A stretch of DNA of 64,000 nt, taken from the IMG/VR virus record IMGVR_UViG_3300023179_000026, positions 72,879 through 136,878 of that record; one strand, given 5' to 3'. A program made the translations under genes and the position numbers. Under the pieces are notes generated by a model. That model searched no databases. It was not told the DNA's origin and saw nothing but the letters and a program-made list of their open reading frames with translations. How positions within the stretch are numbered: position 1 is the first letter of the stretch; each line of letters starts with the position of its first letter. Below, piece by piece: positions 38,023 to 48,281 of this stretch. The DNA is from a virus.

Positions 38023-38640
38023 TTATTTTCTCGCACCTGTTTCGGGTCTTGGTGGTCTTGTAATTGTAGTCATTGGACTCTTGTTACCCATAGTTGACAT
38101 AAACTTTTTCTGATCAAACGGGTCAAAAGCAGGTTTAGTTTTATCACCTGCATATGGCATCTCTATTTTGTCTTTTTGTTCAGCAGCACGAATACGTGAC
38201 ATATATTGTTCTCCATACTCCTTACTAGCTTCTTTACCATCATCTTCTAATTCAGTATGATCTAATACAGGACTATGCTCCATTTGATTAGCATATTGCT
38301 CAGCTTCATGTGTTACACTGTCATCGTATCCTGCTTGTATCATACGAACCATGTTTTCATCATAATTTAACAAACGTGCAACTTGCTTGACCATTGGCTC
38401 AGTGCATGGATATCTAAATTCAACATCAATAATCCATACTGATTGATTCTTTAATTGTGGAAATCCATAGGGATCTTTTTGTATAGGTGTACTTTTTGGT
38501 TCGCTCATTTTTACAGGATCAAATTTCTGCAAATTGTACATAAAAAGGTCTAACCAATTTCTGTCACAATCCCCTGCAACTTTGATCTTGTAATTATAAG
38601 TGCGTACACTTTCAGCTAAATATTGACGAAAAGTTTTCAT
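38023..38640 (-). CDS. hypothetical protein with T4 capsid-targeting-like N-terminus
   Basis: MKTFRQYLAE resembles the T4 internal-protein targeting peptide MKTYQEFIAE; ATAAATA box 38661-38667. Confidence 0.65.
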   Translation of the reverse strand: MKTFRQYLAESVRTYNYKIKVAGDCDRNWLDLFMYNLQKFDPVKMSEPKSTPIQKDPYGFPQLKNQSVWIIDVEFRYPCTEPMVKQVARLLNYDENMVRMIQAGYDDSVTHEAEQYANQMEHSPVLDHTELEDDGKEASKEYGEQYMSRIRAAEQKDKIEMPYAGDKTKPAFDPFDQKKFMSTMGNKSPMTTITRPPRPETGARK

Positions 38641-38668
38641 AAACTATATTCCTGTTAAATTATTTATC

Positions 38669-39184
38669 TTAATTACTTTTTTTATCTTGTTGATTTTTCT
38701 CTATCAACGTTTTCAGTAATTCATTACGATCTAATATTCTACCCTCACCTAGATCTTCTTTTTTGCTTTCTTCTTTTGCAGTTGTAACGCTTAGTTTACG
38801 ATCAAGTTCAGCTTTTTTAAGTTGTAAATCAATCATTTTTAGTTTTTTATTAAGCTTAGCAGTCTTTGCTGTGATAGCATGCCCTAACATAGAACTAGCA
38901 ACAGCAAAAATTTCAGCACTAAATCTACTGTCAACTTGCATACCTAAGTTGCTTAAATCATGAAAACTTTCTACTGCTAATTTTGATATTTCATCTAGTT
39001 CACCATCACTTGATTCTAATCCACGTACTTGAGGCAATGCTGCTTCTACCTTTTCAATGGTGTTTAACGTATCTTCAGAAATTAATTCAGTAGGCACAAT
39101 TTTAGTATGTTTAATATCAGGTTCAGACTCAGATGGTTTTTCCTCTAAATCTAATTCAAATAAATCAATAAGGCTTTTAGTAAT
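38669..39184 (-). CDS. coiled-coil hypothetical protein next to gp4 (possibly terminase-small-subunit-like); probable ATT start
   Basis: Frame stays open upstream of track start 39097 to ATT 39184 preceded by GGAGA SD; CTAAATA box 39207-39213. Confidence 0.55.
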   Translation of the reverse strand: MTKSLIDLFELDLEEKPSESEPDIKHTKIVPTELISEDTLNTIEKVEAALPQVRGLESSDGELDEISKLAVESFHDLSNLGMQVDSRFSAEIFAVASSMLGHAITAKTAKLNKKLKMIDLQLKKAELDRKLSVTTAKEESKKEDLGEGRILDRNELLKTLIEKNQQDKKSN

Positions 39185-39219
39185 TTTAATTCTCCAAATC
39201 TAAAAATATTTAGTTATAA

Positions 39220-39651
39220 TTACTTTGAACCGTTATGAAATATTTCAGATTCAGTGACTACTCTAAATTTTAGACCTTTGCTTTTACACCAAGCATTTGC
39301 TGCTTGCCACTTAGCATGATTTAATGCTACTGCTAATTTGTCTTTTCTTGTTTTTGCTTCTGTTAAATAAGCTTGTTTTTTCGGCTTAATTTCAACAACT
39401 TCGCCAATCGTTTTACCATGTTTATTCTTATAAACAATAAAAACATCAGGTACATAAATGGTTTGTTTACCTGTTAATGGGTTACGGTATGGTATATGTA
39501 TGGCTTCACTTGCCCATTGTATTACTGCGGGGTTATTATCACAAAACATAAAGAAAGTCATTTCCCATCCACTTCTATATTTTGGTTTACCATTACCAAC
39601 ATACTTTTGTGGATTTCTTACTTCATAAATGCCTTGTGCATATCTTGACAT
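39220..39651 (-). CDS. gp4: head completion nuclease, T4 gp4 / TnsA-like PD-(D/E)xK fold
   Basis: YRSGWE..F..FCD.N..V..W.SE...IPY, Y.PD, VEIKP, N.AKW.AA..WC...G..F.V.TE. Confidence 0.85.
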   Translation of the reverse strand: MSRYAQGIYEVRNPQKYVGNGKPKYRSGWEMTFFMFCDNNPAVIQWASEAIHIPYRNPLTGKQTIYVPDVFIVYKNKHGKTIGEVVEIKPKKQAYLTEAKTRKDKLAVALNHAKWQAANAWCKSKGLKFRVVTESEIFHNGSK

Positions 39652-39654
39652 ACT

Positions 39655-40023
39655 CTACTGAACAACATTGCGTTGTACTGATTCTACAGGTGCTAATACA
39701 TTATTATACCCAAACATAACTGACTTATGTTCACTAATACTGTTTAAATAATATGCCATAGTCAAATTAATTTGCATCGTATTCGTGGCATTTTTAAAAC
39801 TATCAAGTAATGTTAAAACATTTACACCTGTTAAAGTTGCTACTCTGAATAAGTTTACAGTAAATGCTTCAGATGTTTGCTGATTATCAGTATATTGATT
39901 AAAAAAAGAATTTACAATTTCATATTGACCTGCAGGTGGTTCAATTTGAATATCATAAAAAGCATCATAGATTGCGGTTGTTGGATCTTGATTTTTTTGT
40001 TGTGAAGTAACGGTAATAGCCAT
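39655..40023 (-). CDS. hypothetical virion-module protein
   Basis: 122-aa ORF; ATAAATA box 40031-40037. Confidence 0.6.
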   Translation of the reverse strand: MAITVTSQQKNQDPTTAIYDAFYDIQIEPPAGQYEIVNSFFNQYTDNQQTSEAFTVNLFRVATLTGVNVLTLLDSFKNATNTMQINLTMAYYLNSISEHKSVMFGYNNVLAPVESVQRNVVQ

Positions 40024-40033
40024 AATTTACTAT

Positions 40034-41143
40034 TTATGCACCAGGCGGTATCCCAGGAGGACTTGTCGGTGTTGTTACATTATTTGAACCCGATATAACT
40101 TGATTATTACTTGGTTTAAATGTTGGGAACTTAAAGTTTGCTGCTGTTGCTACTGCTAATTGACCAACACCTTCAGTTAATTCTGCTTTTGCTGCTGCCT
40201 TCAATCCTGATTTTGTTAGATTCTTTGAAGCTGTAATGCCTTTTATAGCTGCACCTATAAAATTACCTGCGCTTAAATCTTGTTGTATACCTAATGCTGC
40301 ATCAATTAAACCACCTTGACCCATAATAGTATTACGTGTACCTGCTTTAGTAATTGGGCTTTTCTCCAAATCATAATGTGATGCCTGTCCAAAACCTTGT
40401 ACAATTTGATCAGGTGTATTACCATTTAATGCACCATCATAATACTTTACATACTCATATCGAATTGACATACGATTTTCCATTGTAGAACTAGTTTGAT
40501 AATAATCATATGTATCATGTTGCCATGAATCAATAATTGGATTGACTAATTGATACAATGCAAAATTGTGTTGGTTAAAACCGTAAATATTTATATTTCT
40601 AAAAAATGGAACTTTACCTGTTGCTAAAGATACAGTTTGTGGAGTAGGATTAAGTTCTACGCCTGTATATCCCCACTGATCAGGTGGCAATTCAGGTAGA
40701 TATTGATTAGCTGTACTAGCTGCACTATTGTTTTCGTTGTTAGGATCACCAATATTGTAGCTATAGTAAGCATACCATAATTTACGAATTAAGTTTGTGT
40801 TATCATCATGGAATGTTATTTGTACGGGATCATATTTGATTTTTGTTTGCACAAAACGATGATGGTTATACTGATTTAAATCATGTAAATCAAATGAATA
40901 TTTTGGCAAGTCTACACTTTTTACCGCTAATCCAAAGTTTTTATCAGTAGGGAACAGTTGAGATTGATTAACAAATTGTTCGTTAATATCAAAGTATACA
41001 TGAAATAGCCACTTAAACTTTGGTGAATAACCAAACCCATTTGTAATAAATGTTTTTGAAGCGTGTTGGTAATCTTTTAAAAATTTGCGACCGAAGAGTT
41101 CTTCAGTCGCACCTGCCAACACTTGTTGGAAAAAACCTGCCAT
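40034..41143 (-). CDS. tail-tube-related baseplate protein (gp54/gp48-like)
   Basis: KSVDLPKYSF...NQYN...KI.YDPV.ITFHDD tube-fold motifs; follows tail tube gene. Confidence 0.6.
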   Translation of the reverse strand: MAGFFQQVLAGATEELFGRKFLKDYQHASKTFITNGFGYSPKFKWLFHVYFDINEQFVNQSQLFPTDKNFGLAVKSVDLPKYSFDLHDLNQYNHHRFVQTKIKYDPVQITFHDDNTNLIRKLWYAYYSYNIGDPNNENNSAASTANQYLPELPPDQWGYTGVELNPTPQTVSLATGKVPFFRNINIYGFNQHNFALYQLVNPIIDSWQHDTYDYYQTSSTMENRMSIRYEYVKYYDGALNGNTPDQIVQGFGQASHYDLEKSPITKAGTRNTIMGQGGLIDAALGIQQDLSAGNFIGAAIKGITASKNLTKSGLKAAAKAELTEGVGQLAVATAANFKFPTFKPSNNQVISGSNNVTTPTSPPGIPPGA

Positions 41144-41156
41144 AAAATTATACTAA

Positions 41157-41795
41157 TTAGCCACCAACACCACTTACATTGGTAAGAACTTGACGTGCTA
41201 CTGCTGCACCAACACCCTGTTGAATACCACTTTCTGTAGGTGTTTGTACTGCATTATCATAACGAATTGTCAATGAAATTGTTACAGGTTCATTTGTACC
41301 ATAATTTAATGTATTATAGTTTGCATTTTGAATAAAGCAACCATAAAGTTCCCATGTTTCTAGCACTGTTGGAACATGAATACCGCCACCACCATCAAGA
41401 ATTTGAATTGTAGTTTGGAACTTATAGCTGCTACCTGCTGCCGCACTTGCTTGCTCTTCAAAATCAAATTGCTTTTGAATTTGTTCGCCAACACGCATAG
41501 CAACTGCACCCGTAGCATCATCACGTAAGTTTACAGTAATTGCTTGCCACTCAGGTTTACCTGCCAAATATACACGACTGTTGTAAATTTCTAAAGGAAT
41601 CTCAGGAAAACTTACTTGTGGACGTGATACATCAATGACCTGTTTGGTTAATTCAGTAGTTACTTTATCAACACCAATGTTTTGAAACAATACACGAAAA
41701 CGGTATTGTAACTTTGGCATCAACAAACCTTGGCTATCACCCCCTACATCACTACCAACAGGTACTGTCATTTTTGAGATTGAACTGAAACTCAT
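41157..41795 (-). CDS. gp19: tail tube protein
   Basis: LMPKLQYRFRV, YLAGK..W..I...LRDD, W.L.GC......Y..L.Y....V.I...IRYDNA. Confidence 0.85.
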   Translation of the reverse strand: MSFSSISKMTVPVGSDVGGDSQGLLMPKLQYRFRVLFQNIGVDKVTTELTKQVIDVSRPQVSFPEIPLEIYNSRVYLAGKPEWQAITVNLRDDATGAVAMRVGEQIQKQFDFEEQASAAAGSSYKFQTTIQILDGGGGIHVPTVLETWELYGCFIQNANYNTLNYGTNEPVTISLTIRYDNAVQTPTESGIQQGVGAAVARQVLTNVSGVGG

Positions 41796-41815
41796 TTTAA
41801 ATTTCTCCTTATCTG

Positions 41816-41851
41816 TATTTATATTAGTTTAAACAACAGCATGCATAAATA
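41816..41851. promoter_or_regulatory. back-to-back late boxes
   Basis: Minus TATAAATA 41816-41823 for the tube gene; plus ATAAATA 41845-41851 for the endonuclease. Confidence 0.6.
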
Positions 41852-41885
41852 CTTTATACTACTTTGATGGGGATATCGAGCCAAC

Positions 41886-43499
41886 ATGTCAATAACTTGT
41901 AAAATTTGCAATAAGATATTTGAGAAACAAATTACCAACAGTCATTTAAAAACACACAATGTAAGCACTCAAGACTACAAAATTAAATATGGTGAATTAT
42001 CATCATCATTATACAAAAAAGAATTAAGTGTAAGCAGAAAAGGTGAAAACAACAGTAATTATGGAAATAAATGGAATGATGAGCAAAAATTAAATGTATC
42101 AGAAAAAAATAAAAACAAAATTCCGTGGAATAAGGATAAAAAAATTGAGCCAAGTAGTAAATTGCTTGATAGCATTGTAGAAAGAGAAGAAAAATATAAA
42201 AAAGGTATTTTAGTACGTTCTTATGGCAGAACAGTTTCTGATGAAACTAAACAACGTATAAGCACAAAAGTAAAAAACTATGCGGATAGTAACAAAGAAA
42301 AATTAAGAGAAAGGGCAATAAAAGCTACTCAAACCAAAAGAATAAATGGGTACGATTTTGGTTCGGTCATGCGTAATAAAAAACATAATGAAGAAACAAA
42401 AAAACTTATATCTGAAAAATCAAAAATAGCAAACAAAATTAAAGTTGAAGATTCTTTTTTAAAACGATTGGAATATATTAAAGAAGCTAATTTAACCTTG
42501 CTTAATGAAGAAAATAAGTTATTAACTTTAAATTGCAAAGTATGTAATTCAGTTTTTTCATTAACACGACAGTGTTTTACTGAATCAAAATTCAGAAAAA
42601 ATTGGTGTCAAGTATGTTATCCCATTGAAACAAATTTTAGAAGTAAACATGAAATTGAATTATTTGAATTCGTAAAATCATTATCTGCAGACAGTGTAAA
42701 CTCAAATCGACAACTATTATCAAAAAAAGAGGTAGACATTTATGTACCTAAAACAAAAATTGCGATAGAGTTTAATGGTTTATATTGGCATAGTGAGGAT
42801 GTTTTGCAAAAACAAGGCAAATCTAAACTATCTGATTATGAAAAGATGAAACAGTTAAATTCAATGAACATAAAATATATTGGTGTATTTGAAGACGAAT
42901 GGATATACAAGCAAGAAATCGTAAAGAGCAGAATAAAAAATATATTGGGTTGCACAAGTAATATTGTTTATGGTAGAAAATGCAAGGTGAAAGAAATTTC
43001 ATCTAAAGAAGCTTCTACTTTTTGTGACAATAATCACATACAAGGACGTGGCAGAAGTAATGCTCGTTATGGATTATTTTATAATGACGAACTTATCTCT
43101 GTTATGACATTTAGCAAAACAAATTTATCACGTAAAATTATTAATTGGGAAATTAATAGATTTTGTCATAAAATTAATACTTCAGTAATTGGTGGAGCAA
43201 GCAAATTATTTGCAGCTTTTATTAAAGATTACAATCCTGATTGTGTAATATCATATGCTGATAGTCGATGGAGTGAAGGTAATGTATATAAAGCTTTAGA
43301 GTTTTCATATATGTCATCAACAAAACCTAGTTATTGGTATTTCCTTCCCAACGAACTTAAAAGAATACATAGATTTTCCTTGAGAAAAAATGAAAATGAT
43401 GATAAAAATTTAACAGAACAAGAAATAAGACAAGCAGAAGGTTTTATGAAAATATGGGATTGTGGAAATACTAAATGGATATGGAAAAAGGGGCATTAA
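41886..43499 (+). mobile_element. free-standing Hef-like homing endonuclease gene with Zn-finger/NUMOD-like N-terminus
   Basis: CKIC...H..H N-terminus, K-rich NUMOD-like repeats, EVDIY......IEFNGLYWHSE nuclease motif, GGASKLF...SYAD.RWS.G...IWDCG C-terminus; antisense to the tail operon, very AT-rich. Confidence 0.75.
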
Positions 43500-43510
43500 G
43501 CCCCTTTTTT
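43485..43510. terminator. bidirectional terminator
   Basis: AAAAAGGGGC-ATTAA-GCCCCTTTTT between convergent endonuclease and sheath genes. Confidence 0.85.
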
Positions 43511-43528
43511 AGTACGATATAATTACTA

Positions 43529-46500
43529 TTATACCCCTGCTGCGATCTCACCCGTATTCAAAATACGAACAGGGATATAAATAAATTCAACCGCTTTAAC
43601 AGGTTCAATTGCTATATCGATCCATAATTGATTAGCATCAATTCTAGCAGGAGTGTTATTACTTTCATCACACACTACGAGATAATCGTAAAGACCACGC
43701 TTTGATTGAACATCAGCTAACAATGTTTGAACCACTGCTCTTGCTTGTGAACGTGTAATTACATCATTAGGTTCAAATATGAACGGACGTACTGCTTGTT
43801 GTAAACGCTCACGTAAGTAGCAAATTAAACGTGCTACATTTGTACGATCAAGTGCACTTTGACTATCAAAGCTATTCTTATTACCAAAGTTGAGTAAACC
43901 AATATTAGTAAAGAATGCTACAGGATTGATAAAGTTTGTGTACTCAATATTACGCAATGCTAAACGATTCTTTGTTACAACAAATTCGCCCGTTGCTGCA
44001 TCTATGTAACCAATGTTTGTTGCATTGTCTACAATACCTCTACGCTGACCTGCAGGAGCAAACCATGGGTAAGCAATTGTATCGTTACGTAAAATAGTAC
44101 GTAAGATCATATAGCTTGGTGGTAATGCCACTGCTGCACCTGATAAATCACTACCAAGACAACTTGGATAATAGATACCCATGTATGTATCACGTGTGAC
44201 TAATCCTTCTTCCCCTGTTGATGAAGCACCTGCTGCATTGGTTGCCCATGCTGAAATTGCATTAGCATCATCTGCTAAACGCATTGGTGTATCACCTACA
44301 ATGTATGCAGTTTGTCCACGATCATTGTTTAAAACAACCATGTTGGGCTGCAATTCAGGATAGTTTGGTGTAGCCATTAAGTTAAAGTATGTGTCTTCTT
44401 CACGAACCTGTTGATTTGTATCGATAGAAGCTTTCATTGCTGATACAACCATTGCACGTTGTGCTTTACGACCCATATATGGTGCACCATTTGTCATATT
44501 ACCGCTTGTAGTTACCCATGTATATGTAAACTCAGGCAAGCTTCCAGGCGTTGACGTTGGACTTACATAAGCACCTGCATCAGGATAGTTAGCTTGTGTA
44601 AAATAATTTGTTCTAAATTGTTTTACATTGTAACCACTACGACGAGTGTTAAACAATAATGTACCACGTGGGTATAATGTGTAGCTTGGTGCATCTAAAT
44701 CAATGTAATTGCTTGATAATAAACTTACAATAGTTGGAATTGCATCATTGATAGGATCCACACCACTGTTTGGTCCCCAACGTCCATCAGCAAATACAAC
44801 ACCATTTTCTGTAACTTGATCGGTATTGTCAATTAATACCCACTGATTTAAACCATCAACTTGTTGCCAACGATTAATAACAGGATAGTTTTCTAAATCA
44901 CTTGTATCAATCCAAATATCACCATAAACAAGAGCTGTACCATCACTTTGTGTTGTTGGCTCACTTGCACTAACGATTGGACCGTTTGGATCAGTAGTAC
45001 CTGTTGCTGTAGCACTCCATAAACCATTTGAACCATATTGTGCATTACGGTATCCAACCCATTGTGTACCTGTGTTTACCATAATATCTACTTCATCAAC
45101 TACACTGTAATACCAATTTGTATTGTTAGTTGGTGCTGTGCTTGGGCGAACATCATTTGATGTATAATTAAACTCATCCCAATTACTCAATGCTGTCATA
45201 TAAACAGGACTCATTTGTCCACTATATGGTAACAATGAAACTACTGCTCCACCTGCTGCTACAACATAACATGTAATTGTGCTAGATACATAGGGTGACA
45301 ATGCTGTACCACCTAATGTTACAATATCACCTGTTACATAACCTGTACCACCTGAGACAGAAATAGTATTAATTGTATAACCTGTATAGATAATACCTGT
45401 CACAGCAGCACCTGTTCCTGTACCACCTGTTACAGTAAATGTACCTGCGGTTGGTCCTGTGGTTTGTAGTGTAACTTGAGAAACGTCACCTGGCTTGCTG
45501 CCTGTTGGGGCACCTGTACCTGAAGTTAATGCTAAACCTGCTGTATCAATTGCAGTATTAGTATAACCATTTGAATCAAGTAAGATTTGTCCACCTTCAG
45601 TATGAGTAAGAACAACTGCTCCTGTTGTAGATACTGATGCTGTTGTATAAGGAATATTTGCTGCTGACCATGCATCAACAAAATCCTGTGCACCTTTAGC
45701 TGCTACTGTTACAGGTAATGAAACTACATAACGACTTGACAACGATGTGCTACCAGGTGTACTCACATACACACCAAAACTTGATGCTCCTGTACCAAAG
45801 TTTGGACTAGTATTTGTTCCTGTGAAAATTGAAGCACCTGTTGCACTTCTACGGAATAATTGCAATGGTGCAGCATTATCTGAACCACTAAAACCATATT
45901 GTGCATAAATTGTGTTTACAGCAATATTCTTTCCACCTGCGCTGTCTAATGCTGCACTTGCGCTTTGATCATTGCTATACAATGGGCATGATAAAGAAAC
46001 AAATGTATCAGTAGCTGCTGTGTAACGACTTGTTACTAAGTTTGTACCTTGGTTAGCACTATTTGTCTTAACCCATACACTACCTGTTGGACGTGCAGTT
46101 GCTGCTGAACGCCAATTAGGTTGTTGTGCATTGTTACCATAGAATACTGTAGGAGCATTATAGGTACCTGTTGTAAAACCAAATTGTGCCCAACTTGCAC
46201 CACTTGCACCATCTGATAATGTAATTGTTGAATCATACAATGATGTTTGGAAAATATTAACACGTGAATTTACACAAACTGCTTTTAATATTGGCACATC
46301 AGGAATAGCATTAATTGCTGCTGCTAAACTTGCTGCACTTGTGCCTGAAGCAAATGTTTCAGTAAATGTTTGGGCACCACGTGTTACAGAAATTGTTAAA
46401 TTAACTGATCCACCTACTGTTATCGCACCACCTTGTAAAATGGGGACTGAACTTAACCAATCTTGGCTACCTACTGCAACCCATGTGTTATAATAGTTGT

Positions 46501-47152
46501 CACCTGAATCAAGATATTCACCTGCTTTATACCAATAAGTATGAAACGCATCAGGATCACCATAATCAGTCACGCCCGTTACCACTGCATAATCGCCAAT
46601 GTTACCAACATAACCTTCAGGTTCTTGTGTTGAACCTACTACATCATCGCTACTATCAACAACGATAGGTGTTTGTACATTAAACAAACCTGTGGTTGCA
46701 TTAAACTCAAACATACCCCATGTACTATTTGTTGTATCTAACCAATAAGTACCATCAGCAGGATCACCTAATGGGCGACTAACCTGTCCAACTAAACTTG
46801 CTAAATCAATGTCAGCACGTAAAACGTAACAAAGATTTGTTGCACCTAATACACTGTATGCGGTCATTAAACCATATTCATTAAGCTCATAACCTTGAAT
46901 AGGTGTACCATTTGTGGTTTTATAGAAAAATGGATTACCGTATAGTGTAACTAAATCACGCTGACTTGTTACACGATATAATTTATTCGCATTTGCTGCG
47001 GTAGTTGCTACAGCGACTCCTGTGCCCGAAGCATTTGCCTTATTTTGTGCTGTTGCTACCAACACCATTGGAACTGAATTTGAACCTGCGGGTAAGTACT
47101 GACTTTGGTCGATGATAGTAACTTCCACGCCTGGCGAAACTAATGTAGCCAT
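43529..47152 (-). CDS. gp18: contractile tail sheath protein with large insertion
   Basis: MATLVSPGVEVTIID N-terminus; W.APAG..RG, INP, KN.......LDR.NV.RL, FEPND..TR, DESNNTP..ID.N.L..DIAIEPVKA.EFI C-terminus; 1207 aa. Confidence 0.9.
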   Translation of the reverse strand: MATLVSPGVEVTIIDQSQYLPAGSNSVPMVLVATAQNKANASGTGVAVATTAANANKLYRVTSQRDLVTLYGNPFFYKTTNGTPIQGYELNEYGLMTAYSVLGATNLCYVLRADIDLASLVGQVSRPLGDPADGTYWLDTTNSTWGMFEFNATTGLFNVQTPIVVDSSDDVVGSTQEPEGYVGNIGDYAVVTGVTDYGDPDAFHTYWYKAGEYLDSGDNYYNTWVAVGSQDWLSSVPILQGGAITVGGSVNLTISVTRGAQTFTETFASGTSAASLAAAINAIPDVPILKAVCVNSRVNIFQTSLYDSTITLSDGASGASWAQFGFTTGTYNAPTVFYGNNAQQPNWRSAATARPTGSVWVKTNSANQGTNLVTSRYTAATDTFVSLSCPLYSNDQSASAALDSAGGKNIAVNTIYAQYGFSGSDNAAPLQLFRRSATGASIFTGTNTSPNFGTGASSFGVYVSTPGSTSLSSRYVVSLPVTVAAKGAQDFVDAWSAANIPYTTASVSTTGAVVLTHTEGGQILLDSNGYTNTAIDTAGLALTSGTGAPTGSKPGDVSQVTLQTTGPTAGTFTVTGGTGTGAAVTGIIYTGYTINTISVSGGTGYVTGDIVTLGGTALSPYVSSTITCYVVAAGGAVVSLLPYSGQMSPVYMTALSNWDEFNYTSNDVRPSTAPTNNTNWYYSVVDEVDIMVNTGTQWVGYRNAQYGSNGLWSATATGTTDPNGPIVSASEPTTQSDGTALVYGDIWIDTSDLENYPVINRWQQVDGLNQWVLIDNTDQVTENGVVFADGRWGPNSGVDPINDAIPTIVSLLSSNYIDLDAPSYTLYPRGTLLFNTRRSGYNVKQFRTNYFTQANYPDAGAYVSPTSTPGSLPEFTYTWVTTSGNMTNGAPYMGRKAQRAMVVSAMKASIDTNQQVREEDTYFNLMATPNYPELQPNMVVLNNDRGQTAYIVGDTPMRLADDANAISAWATNAAGASSTGEEGLVTRDTYMGIYYPSCLGSDLSGAAVALPPSYMILRTILRNDTIAYPWFAPAGQRRGIVDNATNIGYIDAATGEFVVTKNRLALRNIEYTNFINPVAFFTNIGLLNFGNKNSFDSQSALDRTNVARLICYLRERLQQAVRPFIFEPNDVITRSQARAVVQTLLADVQSKRGLYDYLVVCDESNNTPARIDANQLWIDIAIEPVKAVEFIYIPVRILNTGEIAAGV

Positions 47153-47860
47153 TTATAATTCTCCTAAAATTTTATAAAGTTTTCTTTTTGTTATGTTTAG
47201 TGTTTCTAAACATTCTTTACGGGTTCGGTATGTAACACCGTCAACTGTTATTGGTTTAGCATTTGCGTTTTTACCACCTTTTCTACTATCACCAATTGTT
47301 TCCCTCATTTTTTGTAATGACTCACTATTATGAGTTTTTCCATAAAAAGGATTTGATTGACCAGGAAAACCAAATTTTGATTTACGTTCTTCTGGGGTAA
47401 ACTCATTCCATTTTTTTTGTACACTATGAGAAATTCTTTTTTTCACATCATTCGTTGGATTATACGGATTTAATGTTTTACTCTTACTAATTGCTTCTTT
47501 ATGCGTTTCAGTTTTTGCTTTACCAAGCAACGCTTTTGAGGTATTTTTACTAATTTTTTGATTTACTAAATTACCAAGATTTCCACCCTGACCACCGAGA
47601 GCTATATTGTAAGACTGCTTATTATGAATTAAGTTTTCATTTACTAGCTCTCTTTCTTTTATTTCCATATCTATTTGATTTTCAAAAATAAAGAGTATTT
47701 CACGAGTAAAATTTTCAATACCATATTTCTTGATAGCTTTAGTTAAACTTAATCCACTTCCAAAATAACCATCATCAATCACATCAGTAGAATGCTTACC
47801 AATGTAAAATTTGCCATTCAACTTGTTAGTTGTTTTGTATATGACGTGACATTTTTTCAT
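47153..47860 (-). mobile_element. free-standing GIY-YIG (Seg-like) homing endonuclease gene with NUMOD3-like repeats
   Basis: VIYKTTNKLNGKFYIGKH...YFGSG, E..L, YNIA.GG.GG; NPFYGKTH.E repeats; ATG 47860 5 nt after CTAAATA (47866-47872). Confidence 0.85.
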
Positions 47861-47902
47861 AAAAGTATTTAGTGTAAAAGTCTTAAAAATGACCTTTAAC
47901 AC

Positions 47903-47916
47903 CTCTACTAGTAGAG
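47903..47916. promoter_or_regulatory. perfect 14-bp palindrome, candidate operator
   Basis: CTCTACTAGTAGAG between divergent late boxes 47866-47872 (minus) and TATAAATA 47924-47931 (plus). Confidence 0.45.
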
Positions 47917-47936
47917 TTGCGCATATAAATAGCAAA

Positions 47937-48281
47937 ATGAGACCATTTTGCAAAGTTTGTAACAAAAATCCACGTGCTCCTGCTTACTACAGAAATGGTA
48001 AGCGTTATTTTAGAGCAAGATGTAATGCTTGCATCACAGCAAATAAACAACTTAAAAAACTCAAACCAAGGTGGGAGTTAAAAAACTACAAAAAGAAAAC
48101 TACATGTGACATGTGTAATTTTCGTGCTCAATTTCCATCACAAATTACAGTATGGCATATTGATGGTAACCTAAACAATTGTGAGTTAATTAATTTACGT
48201 AGTATATGTTTAAATTGTGTAGAAGTTGTCAAGCGTAAACAGACTGTATGGAAAGTTGGCGATCTTGAAGTAGACTATTAA
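47937..48281 (+). CDS. degenerate HNH / Zn-finger protein
   Basis: ATG 47937; four CxxC pairs; ITVWHIDGNLNN...NLRSICLNCV versus canonical HHIDG..N...NL..LC..CH. Confidence 0.65.
   Translation: MRPFCKVCNKNPRAPAYYRNGKRYFRARCNACITANKQLKKLKPRWELKNYKKKTTCDMCNFRAQFPSQITVWHIDGNLNNCELINLRSICLNCVEVVKRKQTVWKVGDLEVDY

Noticed and set aside
23446-39657. Stop-codon recoding (TAG read-through): TAG at 23458-23460 and 39655-39657 is in frame with the next ATG
   Set aside because: Long genes are intact in code 11; other TAG stops (14771, 51010, 54687) are out of frame with the next gene or followed by stops; the TAG at 23460 overlaps an AGGA SD for the next gene.
43529-47152. Intein or group I intron explaining the oversized sheath gene
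   Set aside because: Continuous ORF; the insert lacks intein splice motifs and endonuclease signatures and looks like a S/T/G-rich structural domain.
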